A DNA stretch of 64,000 nucleotides from a virus (lineage: Duplodnaviria > Caudoviricetes), in the IMG/VR virus record IMGVR_UViG_3300025608_000006; one strand, given 5' to 3'. Position numbers and translations under genes: made by a program. How positions within the stretch are numbered: position 1 is the stretch's first letter; every line of letters starts with the position of its first letter. Shown in pieces: positions 30,601 through 40,009 of this stretch. Below the pieces are notes generated by a model, which was given only the letters and a program-made list of their open reading frames with translations, did no database searches and had not been told where the DNA came from.

Positions 30601-33600
30601 CACCAACTGCACGATAAATTGCTATTTTGGTGTCTGTTGTACTATCTGTTTGTACTTGCTTAGTAGTTACAACTAATACTTGCGAATCTTCGCTTATGCT
30701 AAAACTTTTACTAAACTCGATTAAATTGTCAATCGGATCAAAGACTTCTTCATTATAAAATCTAGTGGATGTTAAGTTTGGCAAGTAACCTAAATAATCA
30801 ATATTTGTACTTATTGACTCCCATAAATCATTTGTATCGGAAGGCTCAGTGGCTCCTATTGATATGTTTGTTAGTGCTTTCCAAAGTTTATTGTTTCTTG
30901 AAACAATACTACCCAATCTGTAAGAATATGTATTATCAAATTCACCACGATAATTAGAATCTTTTCCGTGTTTCCAACTAATTTTATCCCAATAAATCGG
31001 ATCTAGTATAACATTTTGTGCGTTGCTAGTTGCTTTGCGGCAAATATAGTAATCATCCCTATATATTACAATGTCGCCGATTTGATAAGAGGTTAATTTA
31101 TATTCGCCTTTAAAGCTATCTGTAGACTTAGTACCATGACGGAAAATTTCGATTGCACCAGGATGCGTTCTTCTAAGATTGTCCGGGCCTATATCAGCAA
31201 TACTGTCACTGCCTACTAATAACGTGTAATAGTTTCCTGTTTGTGTAATAGAAACTTTGGAGCCAAAATATCTATTCGGAGCTCTGTATTCAGAAACAAA
31301 TAGATTTTGGAATCTATAACTACCGTCAGGCAATTTTCTATAAATTGCAACAGCGCCTTCATTTGTTAGTGCAGGACTTGTTCCAAATTTATCAGCAGGA
31401 ATGTGATAAATTTGTGTATAGTCTTTATTTAAACTATACGGAGGATTAGATAGTCTCTGTATTCCAGATTCTGTAGTTTCGTCAAAGAACCAGTATTCTT
31501 CATCAAGTATACTCGGATTATCAACTATATTAAAATCACTAGTGTTTTCAAATACTAGTAATTTTCCAACTATTTGATTTCCTAATATAATATTATTGTT
31601 TATATCTGATACTGTTCCAATTGTACGATCAACATCAGTTACGCCGCGCAGTGCAGTATTTGCTGTTCTACGTATTTGATAGCGACCAATATTAGATTGT
31701 TCTAGCCATTCTCCTGTTAGCACTTTTAGGTAAACTCTAACACTGTTAAAATTACGTTTTAAAAACACTACTTCGGCACTACTTGTAGTAATTGTAGTTA
31801 ATGCTAGGCCACCTTGACCGTCACGCGGTGTTTGCACATCTTCAATTACATCTCCAACTTGTGGCTCAAATGCAAATCCTGAGAAATCAAATTCAGTTAA
31901 GTCGAAATCAATATAACCGTCCCAAATATCAACAATTGTTTGTTGCTTGTTTAAGATATCATATGAAAATCCTGCAGATGCAACGTCGATAATTCTATTG
32001 TCAAGATTATATAGTCTAAATTCTGTTGTGTCGCCGATTGTCGAAGTATCACTAAATGTTTTTCCTACTCTAGCTACCCATTTATTACTAAGAATATTTC
32101 GTTCAACTCCATCCTGTCCGTCAAAACCAGACGGATCACCCCTGTATGATAGTTGTTCAATATAACTTGCACGATTTTTTTCAGTTACAAATGTTCCAAT
32201 AGTACCAACGGTGTTTTGGATATTATAGTATGGATTTAATTCGCGTGATGATCCTTGTAGCTTAACATCTGCATATACTAGACCCCTGCCTGTATCATAA
32301 TAGACACCGTTATTGGAGTAAGAAAAACTTGTATTAATAAACCAAAATCCGCCGACTGCATCTGTTGTACTATACGTATCTTCTTCTGTATAAAAGCCTA
32401 CGAAATCCAGTTCATTAATGAACAATTCTCCTGTAACATCAAATACACCATTTGTATCTTTAACATAAATTACAGCACTGTCTCGACGAGTTCCAACATA
32501 TGCAACTTCTGCACTTCCTGTGTCTGTTGTTACAATAGATCCTACTAGGGGTAAAGATATAAATGTTTCGACAAAGAATACGTGATCAATTTTTTCAACA
32601 ATTACATGGTCTTGGGACAAATAATCTGCAAATACGTTTTGAGGCGTATCTAATAACCCATCAAAAGGAATATAGTTGTCTAATGTAGGATAAGTGTAAC
32701 TACGTCTATTCCAAAAAAGATTAATTGTATCTCCAGCTGAAGTGCCAAGATACATATCTTTAGGAGCACGAACTAGCAAGTGGTTAACAGTGTTGTTTTC
32801 TAGCCCAGGATCGCCGGCAACTAGTAGATTTAACGTTGTACTATCTGCATCAGCAGAACTTGCAATATTTACATAAGTGTCAAATGTACTAAAAGGCTGA
32901 CTAGCAATTTCTGGTAGTACTTCTCTATTAACTTTCCATAAGCTCTCTCTATAACGTACAATGTCGTTTTTAATATAAGTTGCGTCTGGCTGGAAGTCGA
33001 ACGTACTTTCATTAGTTACTGCATCAGTTTTATATGCTAATCGAGTATTAACATCACTAGCTTGCGGAATTCCTACAACCAAGTATTCTCCGTCAGGTGA
33101 TACAGCAATACTTTTTCCAAAGTCGCTATCATTTCGAGTGAATAAATCATCATTATCTATAACAATTTCTTGATCTAACAATAAGTTTGACTGCTCACGT
33201 GTTCTTCTATAAACAGACACTTTGCCGTTAGCGTCGTTTGGTGCGGATACAAAAACATTGTTATTGTTTTTTGTTATTGCAACACTATCACTAAACCCTT
33301 GATCTGTACTGTCGTACTCTGATGGATTTACTATTGCTTGCGAATTTAAATAAACTGAATTATTTTCTAATACAGCCCATTCGGTTTTATACGTATCTAC
33401 CCACAGTCTTTGTTTATTATATAAATCCTGATTTATTGCGTTGTTGATTTCTGATAAATCATCAACTCGGATAGTTCTAAGTGTCGATGCCGTAAACTTT
33501 TCATCTTCAAAATTTGAGATGTCATTGTCTAATGGAACTCTTATACGGACTGTATTTAAATTAATACTATCGATTTCATATAACCCATTTACTGAATACT

Positions 33601-36600
33601 GAGCTGCTCCACGAATTCCAAGATAATCGTTAACAGAAAATAATTCATTTGCCCATTTGTCTAATGTTAATTCTACTAATCGCAAACCGTTTTCTGCTAT
33701 TTCAGTTATATCAGAATCTAAACTTAGCACATTTACATTTGGATTAATTAATTGCATAACTGTCCAATTTTTATTGTCTGTATCAGTTATCCAAATTGTA
33801 TCACCTAAGCTGATTTGATTAGTGTCAACTGCTGCTAGATCAGTCAAACTTCCTACAATAAAATCAACATCGTTTTCGTTTGTATACCCAGATGTTCTAA
33901 TATATTCACTGGCTATGGTTTTAGTAGGTAACGGTGCGTGATCATAATCTGCAGGTTTGTCAAATACTTCGTTTGGTAAAATTCTGTAGATCTTATCAAA
34001 GTTAGTTGCAGGCAATGTGCTTACAAGCTCAACTGCTTGAGGTGACTCTTGCATTTTGTCTTGTTGTAAGTTGTACTCAACCTGCTGCACATCATCAACT
34101 GCGCCATAACGTCCAACTTGAATTGCCCATTCTTCATAAAACTCTAAGTTATCAGCAGTATTGCCAAGTGCATCAAACAATTTAGTAAACACATTCATTG
34201 TGCCTTTGTCTGCAATTGCACCTCTGTAGAATTTAAACTGGCTTACATCATCATTAATAATGTTAGAAAGGTACTGACGCTTTTGATAGCCTATCAAGTT
34301 TTGTGCAGCACGTTGCTGGTCAATATCAAAGCTGTCTGAATCTAAATCATAGAAATCTGTAAATTGTGTAACTCTATAATCAAAGTTAGTCATTAATTGT
34401 GATTCAGGCTTTTCACTAAGTCTATACCACAGATTATTATTAAATGTTTGTGAACCAGATACATTAGAAGTTGCTACATAATAATATTGTTTGTATTTTA
34501 CAATATCTCCAATAATATAATCTTTCCATTGTGTCCAGTCTGTAAATTTTGCATCGTCATACACAAACCCAGGAATGTTAAGGCCGCCGTTCCAGTTGTC
34601 TGATCTATATCCGTTAACACGTATTCTATCTTGTCTATATCCAGTTGCTGGATTATATATTGTATCGTTAAAATCAGTTGTGTTGTCTATTAGTACAACA
34701 TGCTCTTTTTGTACCAAAGGTAACGATACATGATATAGTCCTTCTTCGGTTCCGACTGTTTCTATTCCAAAACTGTTTTGATCTCGTAGTACACTATTAA
34801 ATTCTGAATCTAAAAATAATCCATCGGCTTTAAAAATATTATATCCGTAGAAATCATCTTTAATGTTGTCTACAATGTAATAATCTTTGTTAAATTCTAT
34901 TAAATTTGAAGCAGGACTTAACGAAATAAGAGATTTTTCTGCCCATCCTTGTGTTGTCCAGAATAAAAACTCTTTTGCACTTTGGCTCCAGTTTTCAACT
35001 GTATTGGACCCATCAATTACATTTTCAAACCTAAATCCAATTTCTTGTTGTCTTAAACTATAACCTAATAAAAAGTCAACTACTTCTTGGGCTGAATTAA
35101 GTTTACTTCCGTATTGCAATCGGTCAAGTTTTGTAGTTTTAAAGTTTTTCTTAAATTCTGCTGTTCTGCCACCTGTTAAAGGAAGTTGTGGCAACTTAAT
35201 AATATTGTTAGTATCAAATGTGTTGCTGCTAGTAAAAGAGTCAATAACTCGATAATAAGAATTATTATGTAGTATTACTTCTCCACTTATAAAAGAAGTA
35301 TTAGGATTCCAAGAAACAGTTTTCTCTGATATTCCGCCTACAGTTACAACTGATTTTGACGATCCTTGTTGCGGACTGTAATACTCAAAGTAAGGCTTTT
35401 CTAAATTGTAACCTCGTAACACATATCCTATTTCAGCTCTTTCTACAATTACCCCACTATAAATTGCCAACTCAGAAGGGCTGCTGGTATTTAAAAATAC
35501 TTGATAATTTTCTTGAGGTACAAATATACCGTCTTGTGTAAGATTTTGTGTCGGAGATCTGCTATCTAATATTAAATTAAATTTTTCTTTGCTAGTAAAT
35601 CCTGCAATTTTAATTCCAATCTGATTGGTTATTGAAGCAAGGTCATCTGCATAATCTTGATACACTGTAAGTATATCACTAGCTACTAAGTTATAGATAT
35701 AATTTACCAAACCAGAAGTCATAGTTCTAGTTTCTGATTGAATAGTGTTCGGTAGTTTTAAATCTTTAATAACAATCGGCTTGTTTGTTTCAATGTCTGT
35801 CCATTGATTTGTTAAATTTTTAGAAATTCTAGAAATATCAAACCCTAAACTCATTGTTTTTGCAGGTTTATTTAATAATAGTGCTGCTAGTACAGAAAAC
35901 GGATATTCAGCGCTTCGACGCCACGCATTTTCAACAGGTGAATAATCGCCAAATTTAAAGTTATTGGTTGCATTTCTTATGTTAAAGTTTTCAGCAATGC
36001 CGATATCTAATGGCGATAATAGTTTACCATTACTATTAACAGGAATAAAACTAGTTAACCCGGGACGAGAATACTTTAGATCAATACGTGTATTTTTAGG
36101 GTCTGAAATACGACCTTCTTCTAGATCCTTCCATAAAACTAAATTATCTCCTGTATAAGGAGCAGGCCCGTATACTTCATTCCACCAATCAGGCTTAGAT
36201 GTTAATCCTAGCATTTCCCAAGGGTGACTGTGAGGCCTATCAGTATCAAATAATCTTACAAAAACGCCCCGCCAAAAACCTGGATTGGCATTGTTGTTGG
36301 GTGACGACGTAGATGAATAATTAAAAGTCCAATTATTATTTCTATTATAAAAAGTATTTTCAGTATAAGTTTGATTATTTAGGTTATTTTGTAACCACTT
36401 ATGAAATTCACTTAATAGTGTGTTATCAATTTCTGTTTTTGTAAATTCATTGGTTCTAAAATCGCCGCCAATAAACTCGTTAATGTCTAATCTATCAGTT
36501 GAATATTCTGCTTTAATGTTATTGAATATTCTTTTTTCAAACTCTAATAATAATTCATCTCTAAAGTCTTTATATGCTCTAATATAACTGCCATCGTGAC

Positions 36601-39600
36601 CTCTAATAAATGCAACTCCAATTGGGTACTCGGTAATTTCAATATTATCGTTTCCAGCAATAGTTGCATCTAATGTAGGTATATAAAATAGCTTGTTCAT
36701 TCCTACAAAGGAATAAGATTTAGACAAGTTAGCCAAACCTGCTGCACTTTTAGTTGTATAAACAGGGTAAAACCACCCTCTTTTTCCAGTTGACTCGTCT
36801 TCTCCGTAAATTTTGAAAGGACCAGAAGAAACTGGTTCTTCTGCAAGTACAGTATCGTCAATTGTTAACTCGGGATAATACTTTGGGTATAGACCTAATT
36901 TTGTGGGAGTCGGAGGAATAAAACTACCGTCAGAATTTTCATATTCGAATATTTCAATTAAGTCATTTTCAGTTTGGCCTGCATCGATTGAAATATAACC
37001 AGGTATATCAAAATTATAATCTTTATTGTAAGTTAGCTGGACATTGTTTAAGTAAACTATTACACTTTTAACACTCAATTTACTTAAATTAAAATTAGTA
37101 CTTAACGGGTAATCTGTTACTCTAGAATCTAAAACAGTGTATTCAATCTTGTTAGATGATCCAAAAGGAATCATATCAGAAAAGTAAAATGGTTGAGATT
37201 TTAGTTTTCCTGCATTAATTTCTTTTAAAATTTTGTCAACGTGCTCTTTAGTAAGACCATCAAATCCTAGTGTTGTTGCAACATCAATAAACGTCTTTTT
37301 AAATCTTGAATATTCTTTTTTAGAATACTGCAAAGCTTTAATAATATTATAATTTTTATTAGTTATATGATACAGCGGCAAATTGATCGGACCACTATGT
37401 TTGACAAACCTCTTACCGTAACGATCTAAATCTCCTAAATCACGGAGGTTACTAGATCCTAAATATGTGCCTGTATATCCGGGCACATCTTCTAGCATAC
37501 TATCAACATGATCGATTACTTCGCCTAAAGTAAATTGATTAACGTCATCATTTAATGGATTGCGTTCTAAATTATAAGGAAATTCATAATATCCATTATT
37601 ATTTTTAATACTGTTTGAAGTTGTTTTAATTTTAATAATATCGTCGGCTATCAAATCTTTTACAAACTTAATAATTGCATTTGAAGAAGATTTATCAATT
37701 ATATAATCATCATCAAGTAATTGTAACTTATGATTAACGTAAACAACAGTTTTTAAATCACTAATACTGCTTGAATTTTCATAGACGTCGATTTCAAAAT
37801 CGTTAGTCTGCACAGTAGTAGCAGCATATTCTCTTATAACTTTTTGTTTGCTAATAGTTGGAGTTCGACTAAAGCCATTTTCATAAGTAAAATTAGTAAG
37901 AGAAGTATATTTTTTCAAATATCCGCTGTCTATTTTTTGAGTTAATAGTTCAGTATCTGTTTGATATGTAAAAGTATCGTTTAATAAATTAAAATCAAAC
38001 GTAATATCGCCTGAATTATCAATTGACTTATAACTTAAAGGAAATCCTAATTCAGTATCATCGATGCCATCGCCTTGTGCATATGAAAACAGCTTAGTGC
38101 CTTTAAACGTCGACGACCCGTAGTATGTTTCGTCATTGAAACTATTACCATTTACATCACATACATCAAACATAGGCGACTGGTTAGTTTCTGTTTTTTC
38201 TTGAGCAGCAAGCCATTGACCTTTATGATAATGATAACTTTTGCCTGCGTTTTTTACACCTTGTGTAACTAATACAGTTTCAAGATCAATTGGCATAGTA
38301 TCTTCAGTTTCAATTAAACTAATTTGTCTATTATTTCCAATATTAATAAATTTAACTTGATAAATTTTTCCGTTTACTAAAATATCTGTATCTGCTGTAA
38401 ACAAAATGCGCATATTTTCTGCTAGATTAATGCCATCGATATTATAACCAATTTTTCCTTCGATAGTAGAAAATACATCAGTTGTAAACGTATCAATTAA
38501 GTCAATGTCTTTTTTAGCAATTGCACCAAAATTCTCTAGTTTTAATCCTGCTTCAAATTCGATGATAGGACGTTTAGCACGAGCCAATTCGTCAACATTT
38601 CTAGGCAAATTATTAAATTCAAAACTTTTTAAAATTACATCTTTATGATGCCATCTATTGTAACGACTCCATGCATTTCTATCAGGCGTTGCACGGTTGA
38701 TAACAACATAGTCTTTTTCAGTAGCATAAGAGCTAGCATCAGAAAACGGTAATGTATCAAAGTTATCAGAGTCAAACGCTATCTGTTTGTTATCACTGTA
38801 TGCTGCTGGAATTATTAAATCTAAGTCTCGTATTAACTTAATTTTGTCGCCGACGCCTTCAACATACCAATCACTATTTGCATAAATTTCCGGAGTTACA
38901 TCGCCTTGAAACTTAATTTTCATACCGTTAGACAGGCTAACATTATTAGAACTTGTATATGTCTTTTTACCTAAAATTTCTTCTTCAACATTTAAGAATG
39001 TGTTTTCTTCAACATCGTAAATTCTAATTTGGCCACTAGTATCAACTGCATTTTTACTAATGTAATACAATTTGTCAGGAGCATTGACTGGTATTGTGAA
39101 TTCTATAGTACCTTTTTCAATATAAGCAATAGCAACTTCTTCGCCTTCTTCACCTAATTTACGTATGCCATCAGGATAAAGTGTAGATACGTTTTCGTCA
39201 TCTTCAAATGTTACGCTACCTCCACTAGGAAGTATAATAAAATCTCCTTGGTCGTATTCATTACCATATAGTGATGCACCAAATAGACCGTCGCCTCGCA
39301 ACCCTTCTGTGCCTGCTGTTAATATAGCAGTGCCAGGTGTAAATGTTCTACTAATTGCAATAGCCATTGGATGTCCGGGAGCATCAATTTCAAAACGGTA
39401 TGTTTGTCCTCGATATAGTTTTAAATTAGGATTTCGTGTTAGTCCATCATTAAACACATAAGAAATATTATCGCCCTGATCTTCAGTAGTAACTGTGTAC
39501 GTACTTACTATTTCTCTGCTTTGACCTTGTACAGAAATACTAATTGGGCCGTTTGGTAGCCAATAATATTCACGGAAGTTTACAAATTTATCCCAATCAA

Positions 39601-40009
39601 TATTTGGGTTCCATGCATATGTTTCTTGACTGTTTAAACGACTGTGATTTTCTACATTAGCTCCGAATACATTCAGTTGCCCAATATAATCGTTGTAATC
39701 TTTATAAAAAGTTACATTGTCATATAAATCTTTAATAACTGTTGCAGGTTCTAATTGATAGTTAGTTCTATTATTGGTGACATCATCAACGTAATTGTCC
39801 GCAGCCTTAAATGACTTAGCAGTTTTCCTACCGTAATACCCGTTAATTTTTTCGGCAACGCCTGGTTGTATTAATTGATCTAATGTGCCTTGTAAAAACT
39901 TTTTGTTAGCTTGTGTTCTAAAAAACTTAGGTAAAAAATCACTTGCCGTGATTTTATTATTTTGTCCTGGAACTGGAAGTGCGCTTTCGTTTTGATCATT
40001 TTTAGCCAT
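24644..40009 (-). CDS. Giant (5121 aa) multidomain baseplate wedge-like virion protein
   Basis: Uninterrupted 15.4-kb ORF directly downstream of the gp6-like gene (the gp7 position); cupredoxin-like, CBM5/12-like, FG-GAP-like propeller, GSGY-type and (F/T)GDG repeats are visible. Confidence 0.8.
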   Translation of the reverse strand: MAKNDQNESALPVPGQNNKITASDFLPKFFRTQANKKFLQGTLDQLIQPGVAEKINGYYGRKTAKSFKAADNYVDDVTNNRTNYQLEPATVIKDLYDNVTFYKDYNDYIGQLNVFGANVENHSRLNSQETYAWNPNIDWDKFVNFREYYWLPNGPISISVQGQSREIVSTYTVTTEDQGDNISYVFNDGLTRNPNLKLYRGQTYRFEIDAPGHPMAIAISRTFTPGTAILTAGTEGLRGDGLFGASLYGNEYDQGDFIILPSGGSVTFEDDENVSTLYPDGIRKLGEEGEEVAIAYIEKGTIEFTIPVNAPDKLYYISKNAVDTSGQIRIYDVEENTFLNVEEEILGKKTYTSSNNVSLSNGMKIKFQGDVTPEIYANSDWYVEGVGDKIKLIRDLDLIIPAAYSDNKQIAFDSDNFDTLPFSDASSYATEKDYVVINRATPDRNAWSRYNRWHHKDVILKSFEFNNLPRNVDELARAKRPIIEFEAGLKLENFGAIAKKDIDLIDTFTTDVFSTIEGKIGYNIDGINLAENMRILFTADTDILVNGKIYQVKFINIGNNRQISLIETEDTMPIDLETVLVTQGVKNAGKSYHYHKGQWLAAQEKTETNQSPMFDVCDVNGNSFNDETYYGSSTFKGTKLFSYAQGDGIDDTELGFPLSYKSIDNSGDITFDFNLLNDTFTYQTDTELLTQKIDSGYLKKYTSLTNFTYENGFSRTPTISKQKVIREYAATTVQTNDFEIDVYENSSSISDLKTVVYVNHKLQLLDDDYIIDKSSSNAIIKFVKDLIADDIIKIKTTSNSIKNNNGYYEFPYNLERNPLNDDVNQFTLGEVIDHVDSMLEDVPGYTGTYLGSSNLRDLGDLDRYGKRFVKHSGPINLPLYHITNKNYNIIKALQYSKKEYSRFKKTFIDVATTLGFDGLTKEHVDKILKEINAGKLKSQPFYFSDMIPFGSSNKIEYTVLDSRVTDYPLSTNFNLSKLSVKSVIVYLNNVQLTYNKDYNFDIPGYISIDAGQTENDLIEIFEYENSDGSFIPPTPTKLGLYPKYYPELTIDDTVLAEEPVSSGPFKIYGEDESTGKRGWFYPVYTTKSAAGLANLSKSYSFVGMNKLFYIPTLDATIAGNDNIEITEYPIGVAFIRGHDGSYIRAYKDFRDELLLEFEKRIFNNIKAEYSTDRLDINEFIGGDFRTNEFTKTEIDNTLLSEFHKWLQNNLNNQTYTENTFYNRNNNWTFNYSSTSSPNNNANPGFWRGVFVRLFDTDRPHSHPWEMLGLTSKPDWWNEVYGPAPYTGDNLVLWKDLEEGRISDPKNTRIDLKYSRPGLTSFIPVNSNGKLLSPLDIGIAENFNIRNATNNFKFGDYSPVENAWRRSAEYPFSVLAALLLNKPAKTMSLGFDISRISKNLTNQWTDIETNKPIVIKDLKLPNTIQSETRTMTSGLVNYIYNLVASDILTVYQDYADDLASITNQIGIKIAGFTSKEKFNLILDSRSPTQNLTQDGIFVPQENYQVFLNTSSPSELAIYSGVIVERAEIGYVLRGYNLEKPYFEYYSPQQGSSKSVVTVGGISEKTVSWNPNTSFISGEVILHNNSYYRVIDSFTSSNTFDTNNIIKLPQLPLTGGRTAEFKKNFKTTKLDRLQYGSKLNSAQEVVDFLLGYSLRQQEIGFRFENVIDGSNTVENWSQSAKEFLFWTTQGWAEKSLISLSPASNLIEFNKDYYIVDNIKDDFYGYNIFKADGLFLDSEFNSVLRDQNSFGIETVGTEEGLYHVSLPLVQKEHVVLIDNTTDFNDTIYNPATGYRQDRIRVNGYRSDNWNGGLNIPGFVYDDAKFTDWTQWKDYIIGDIVKYKQYYYVATSNVSGSQTFNNNLWYRLSEKPESQLMTNFDYRVTQFTDFYDLDSDSFDIDQQRAAQNLIGYQKRQYLSNIINDDVSQFKFYRGAIADKGTMNVFTKLFDALGNTADNLEFYEEWAIQVGRYGAVDDVQQVEYNLQQDKMQESPQAVELVSTLPATNFDKIYRILPNEVFDKPADYDHAPLPTKTIASEYIRTSGYTNENDVDFIVGSLTDLAAVDTNQISLGDTIWITDTDNKNWTVMQLINPNVNVLSLDSDITEIAENGLRLVELTLDKWANELFSVNDYLGIRGAAQYSVNGLYEIDSINLNTVRIRVPLDNDISNFEDEKFTASTLRTIRVDDLSEINNAINQDLYNKQRLWVDTYKTEWAVLENNSVYLNSQAIVNPSEYDSTDQGFSDSVAITKNNNNVFVSAPNDANGKVSVYRRTREQSNLLLDQEIVIDNDDLFTRNDSDFGKSIAVSPDGEYLVVGIPQASDVNTRLAYKTDAVTNESTFDFQPDATYIKNDIVRYRESLWKVNREVLPEIASQPFSTFDTYVNIASSADADSTTLNLLVAGDPGLENNTVNHLLVRAPKDMYLGTSAGDTINLFWNRRSYTYPTLDNYIPFDGLLDTPQNVFADYLSQDHVIVEKIDHVFFVETFISLPLVGSIVTTDTGSAEVAYVGTRRDSAVIYVKDTNGVFDVTGELFINELDFVGFYTEEDTYSTTDAVGGFWFINTSFSYSNNGVYYDTGRGLVYADVKLQGSSRELNPYYNIQNTVGTIGTFVTEKNRASYIEQLSYRGDPSGFDGQDGVERNILSNKWVARVGKTFSDTSTIGDTTEFRLYNLDNRIIDVASAGFSYDILNKQQTIVDIWDGYIDFDLTEFDFSGFAFEPQVGDVIEDVQTPRDGQGGLALTTITTSSAEVVFLKRNFNSVRVYLKVLTGEWLEQSNIGRYQIRRTANTALRGVTDVDRTIGTVSDINNNIILGNQIVGKLLVFENTSDFNIVDNPSILDEEYWFFDETTESGIQRLSNPPYSLNKDYTQIYHIPADKFGTSPALTNEGAVAIYRKLPDGSYRFQNLFVSEYRAPNRYFGSKVSITQTGNYYTLLVGSDSIADIGPDNLRRTHPGAIEIFRHGTKSTDSFKGEYKLTSYQIGDIVIYRDDYYICRKATSNAQNVILDPIYWDKISWKHGKDSNYRGEFDNTYSYRLGSIVSRNNKLWKALTNISIGATEPSDTNDLWESISTNIDYLGYLPNLTSTRFYNEEVFDPIDNLIEFSKSFSISEDSQVLVVTTKQVQTDSTTDTKIAIYRAVGDQFQIDQIISAPDNVTGWADKVAINPAGTQIAISSMLVDTNKINQGVVYVYTQTDGVFVLTQTLTPPNNEESEGFGFGLDFGADNLVVSSLNGDQTIPTTFDVAVYADTEETATTFDNEFTNFRNIKLDKGVVYVYETVNENLIYSEQFVYPLTQTTFGENVYANGNHVYIGMPDQVSNENKGTLLDFRKNANTFAWNVISEGITPVDVDNIRGAFLYNKRENKLVSYIDYIDPVQGKIAGPADQEITFKTSFDPAVYNTGNTSDSSVDPNRAWTDKHTGQVWWNIGTAKFTHAYQGSTTFQKNNWNKLVPGSRIDVYEWVESNYIPSIWDSIADTPSGIVSKISGTSLFGDTRYSTKIIYDEVSKTFSNKYYFWVVNKVTVPVMENRRLSIRDIAALIENPRTQGYPFLSLLSNNKFVLNNFDTFVDNDDLVLNIKYSTGPKKTQNVHSQYKLISDGLKTSKPDPDIERKWFDSLIGFDDNNRIVPDPTITVKNRYGVQNRPRQSMFVNRFEALKQTIERINLKLLETLVVDEYDISALTQLDAAPTEISREYDLTIDTFSELAFVSTNKIVPAILTPVVINGRISRINITDPGRGYKVAPSFKVNGTGSNVDFDIEINNLGQIIDVQLTNTGEGYNSNTTITVRPFTVLVNADETIQDKWALYSWDGKEWYRRKLQSYNVESYWRYTDWFADGYNQFTNINDIIQGSYELPSLQNNIGDIVKIETVGSGGWLLLQKIDDQDSEDYTINYDVIGRQNGTIQFNDTLYDYGKNTVGFDNRSFDSNFYDNTPSIEIRIILETIRDNIFVGDLETEYNQLFIAALRYVMAEQQSVDWMFKTSFVKATHNRESLSKQDITFNNDNLQSYQDFVEEFKPYSTKIREFVSEYNAIDPTNSSISDFDLSPVYNKTSKTIEASNAKIVNGEIVDENLDTTTYPRKHWKDNIGYQITEIKIGDGGSGFTFEPIITLVGGGGTGATAKAYLGYGSITSIKITNPGTGYTTAPTVVISGSQLETGTPARATAVLGNGLVRSPLVKIKFDRTSGTFTFDTLAKTETFTGTGFENRFFLEWPMDLSNTKIKVYVDNILQLRSKYTYENIENTDKSYAREQGKVLFTTPPKLNSVIRIEYVIPLSMLSAEDRIKFAYTPIAGMYGNDLAQLMSGVDYGGVEVRSFDFSSPSGFDSQPWYTDNWDEFDDTFEDEVFTADGSTIAVQLSEPLEDGVVYNLYKNGVRIDDPNYDEGTPTNVYAITNSITGDGTTDVVYVQDLGISLLDGDVFVVRKTTSDGSVIPDLESYDTALTGGDLAYTSARGIAAEEIIVDGDGFVTPTTSSGPEEVVPGQILDTLDIKVYTRDSEGQGVINSQSYIMDSTLTYDLGVIPNSSNAVIVKVADVILPQTDYTIDWSANTVTLDSATVGAELNIVTVSQGTQNLLDFGKLLGDGSTTEFETTVDWEDGASVYASINGVQQTVAAFASETTPKTVIRFEEVVADGAVINYTVFSADEQVNYSQITKDTFTGDGVTNEFNLSNAPLYAIPSEHNVLVKVDNLILNAGYNVKYTIPQNSQREYPFEIFQMPQGSLDVQDVKVFLNGSELSTPLDWRFEIANSNITLSDDIGSPGDTLEMYVITDGDYRINGSTITLDDVPADNSTIEIIQFTNHNLLGIERINYDVVSRTTLIPEDVDYITYNRLTVGEITLRSPAIDAQYVWVAVNGELLSPSVDYYITDDKLKLQLVRRPDADAVIDVIHFTSAASKPKFAYRQFKDMLNRTHFKRLEKSTAKLAQALNYYDLRIELDNAFNLSEPNKSRNLPGVIFIEGERIEYFVKEENTLRQLRRGTLGTGVKDTYDVNTDVFDQNIGKTVPYKDQTLVSNTTADGLTTTFEVSYPVSSINEIEVFVAGTRMRKTPLDVFDYTAALDSPEGDTTIVADFTFDADTNEITLATAPAQDTRVTVVKKVGRAWTDDGVSLSDSENSIARFLRAGTSALPE

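Noticed and set aside
24644-40009. Intein or in-frame mobile insert explaining the giant ORF
   Set aside because: No C/S...HN-C/S/T splice junction or LAGLIDADG motif was recognised by eye; the length is explained by repeated adhesin-like modules.
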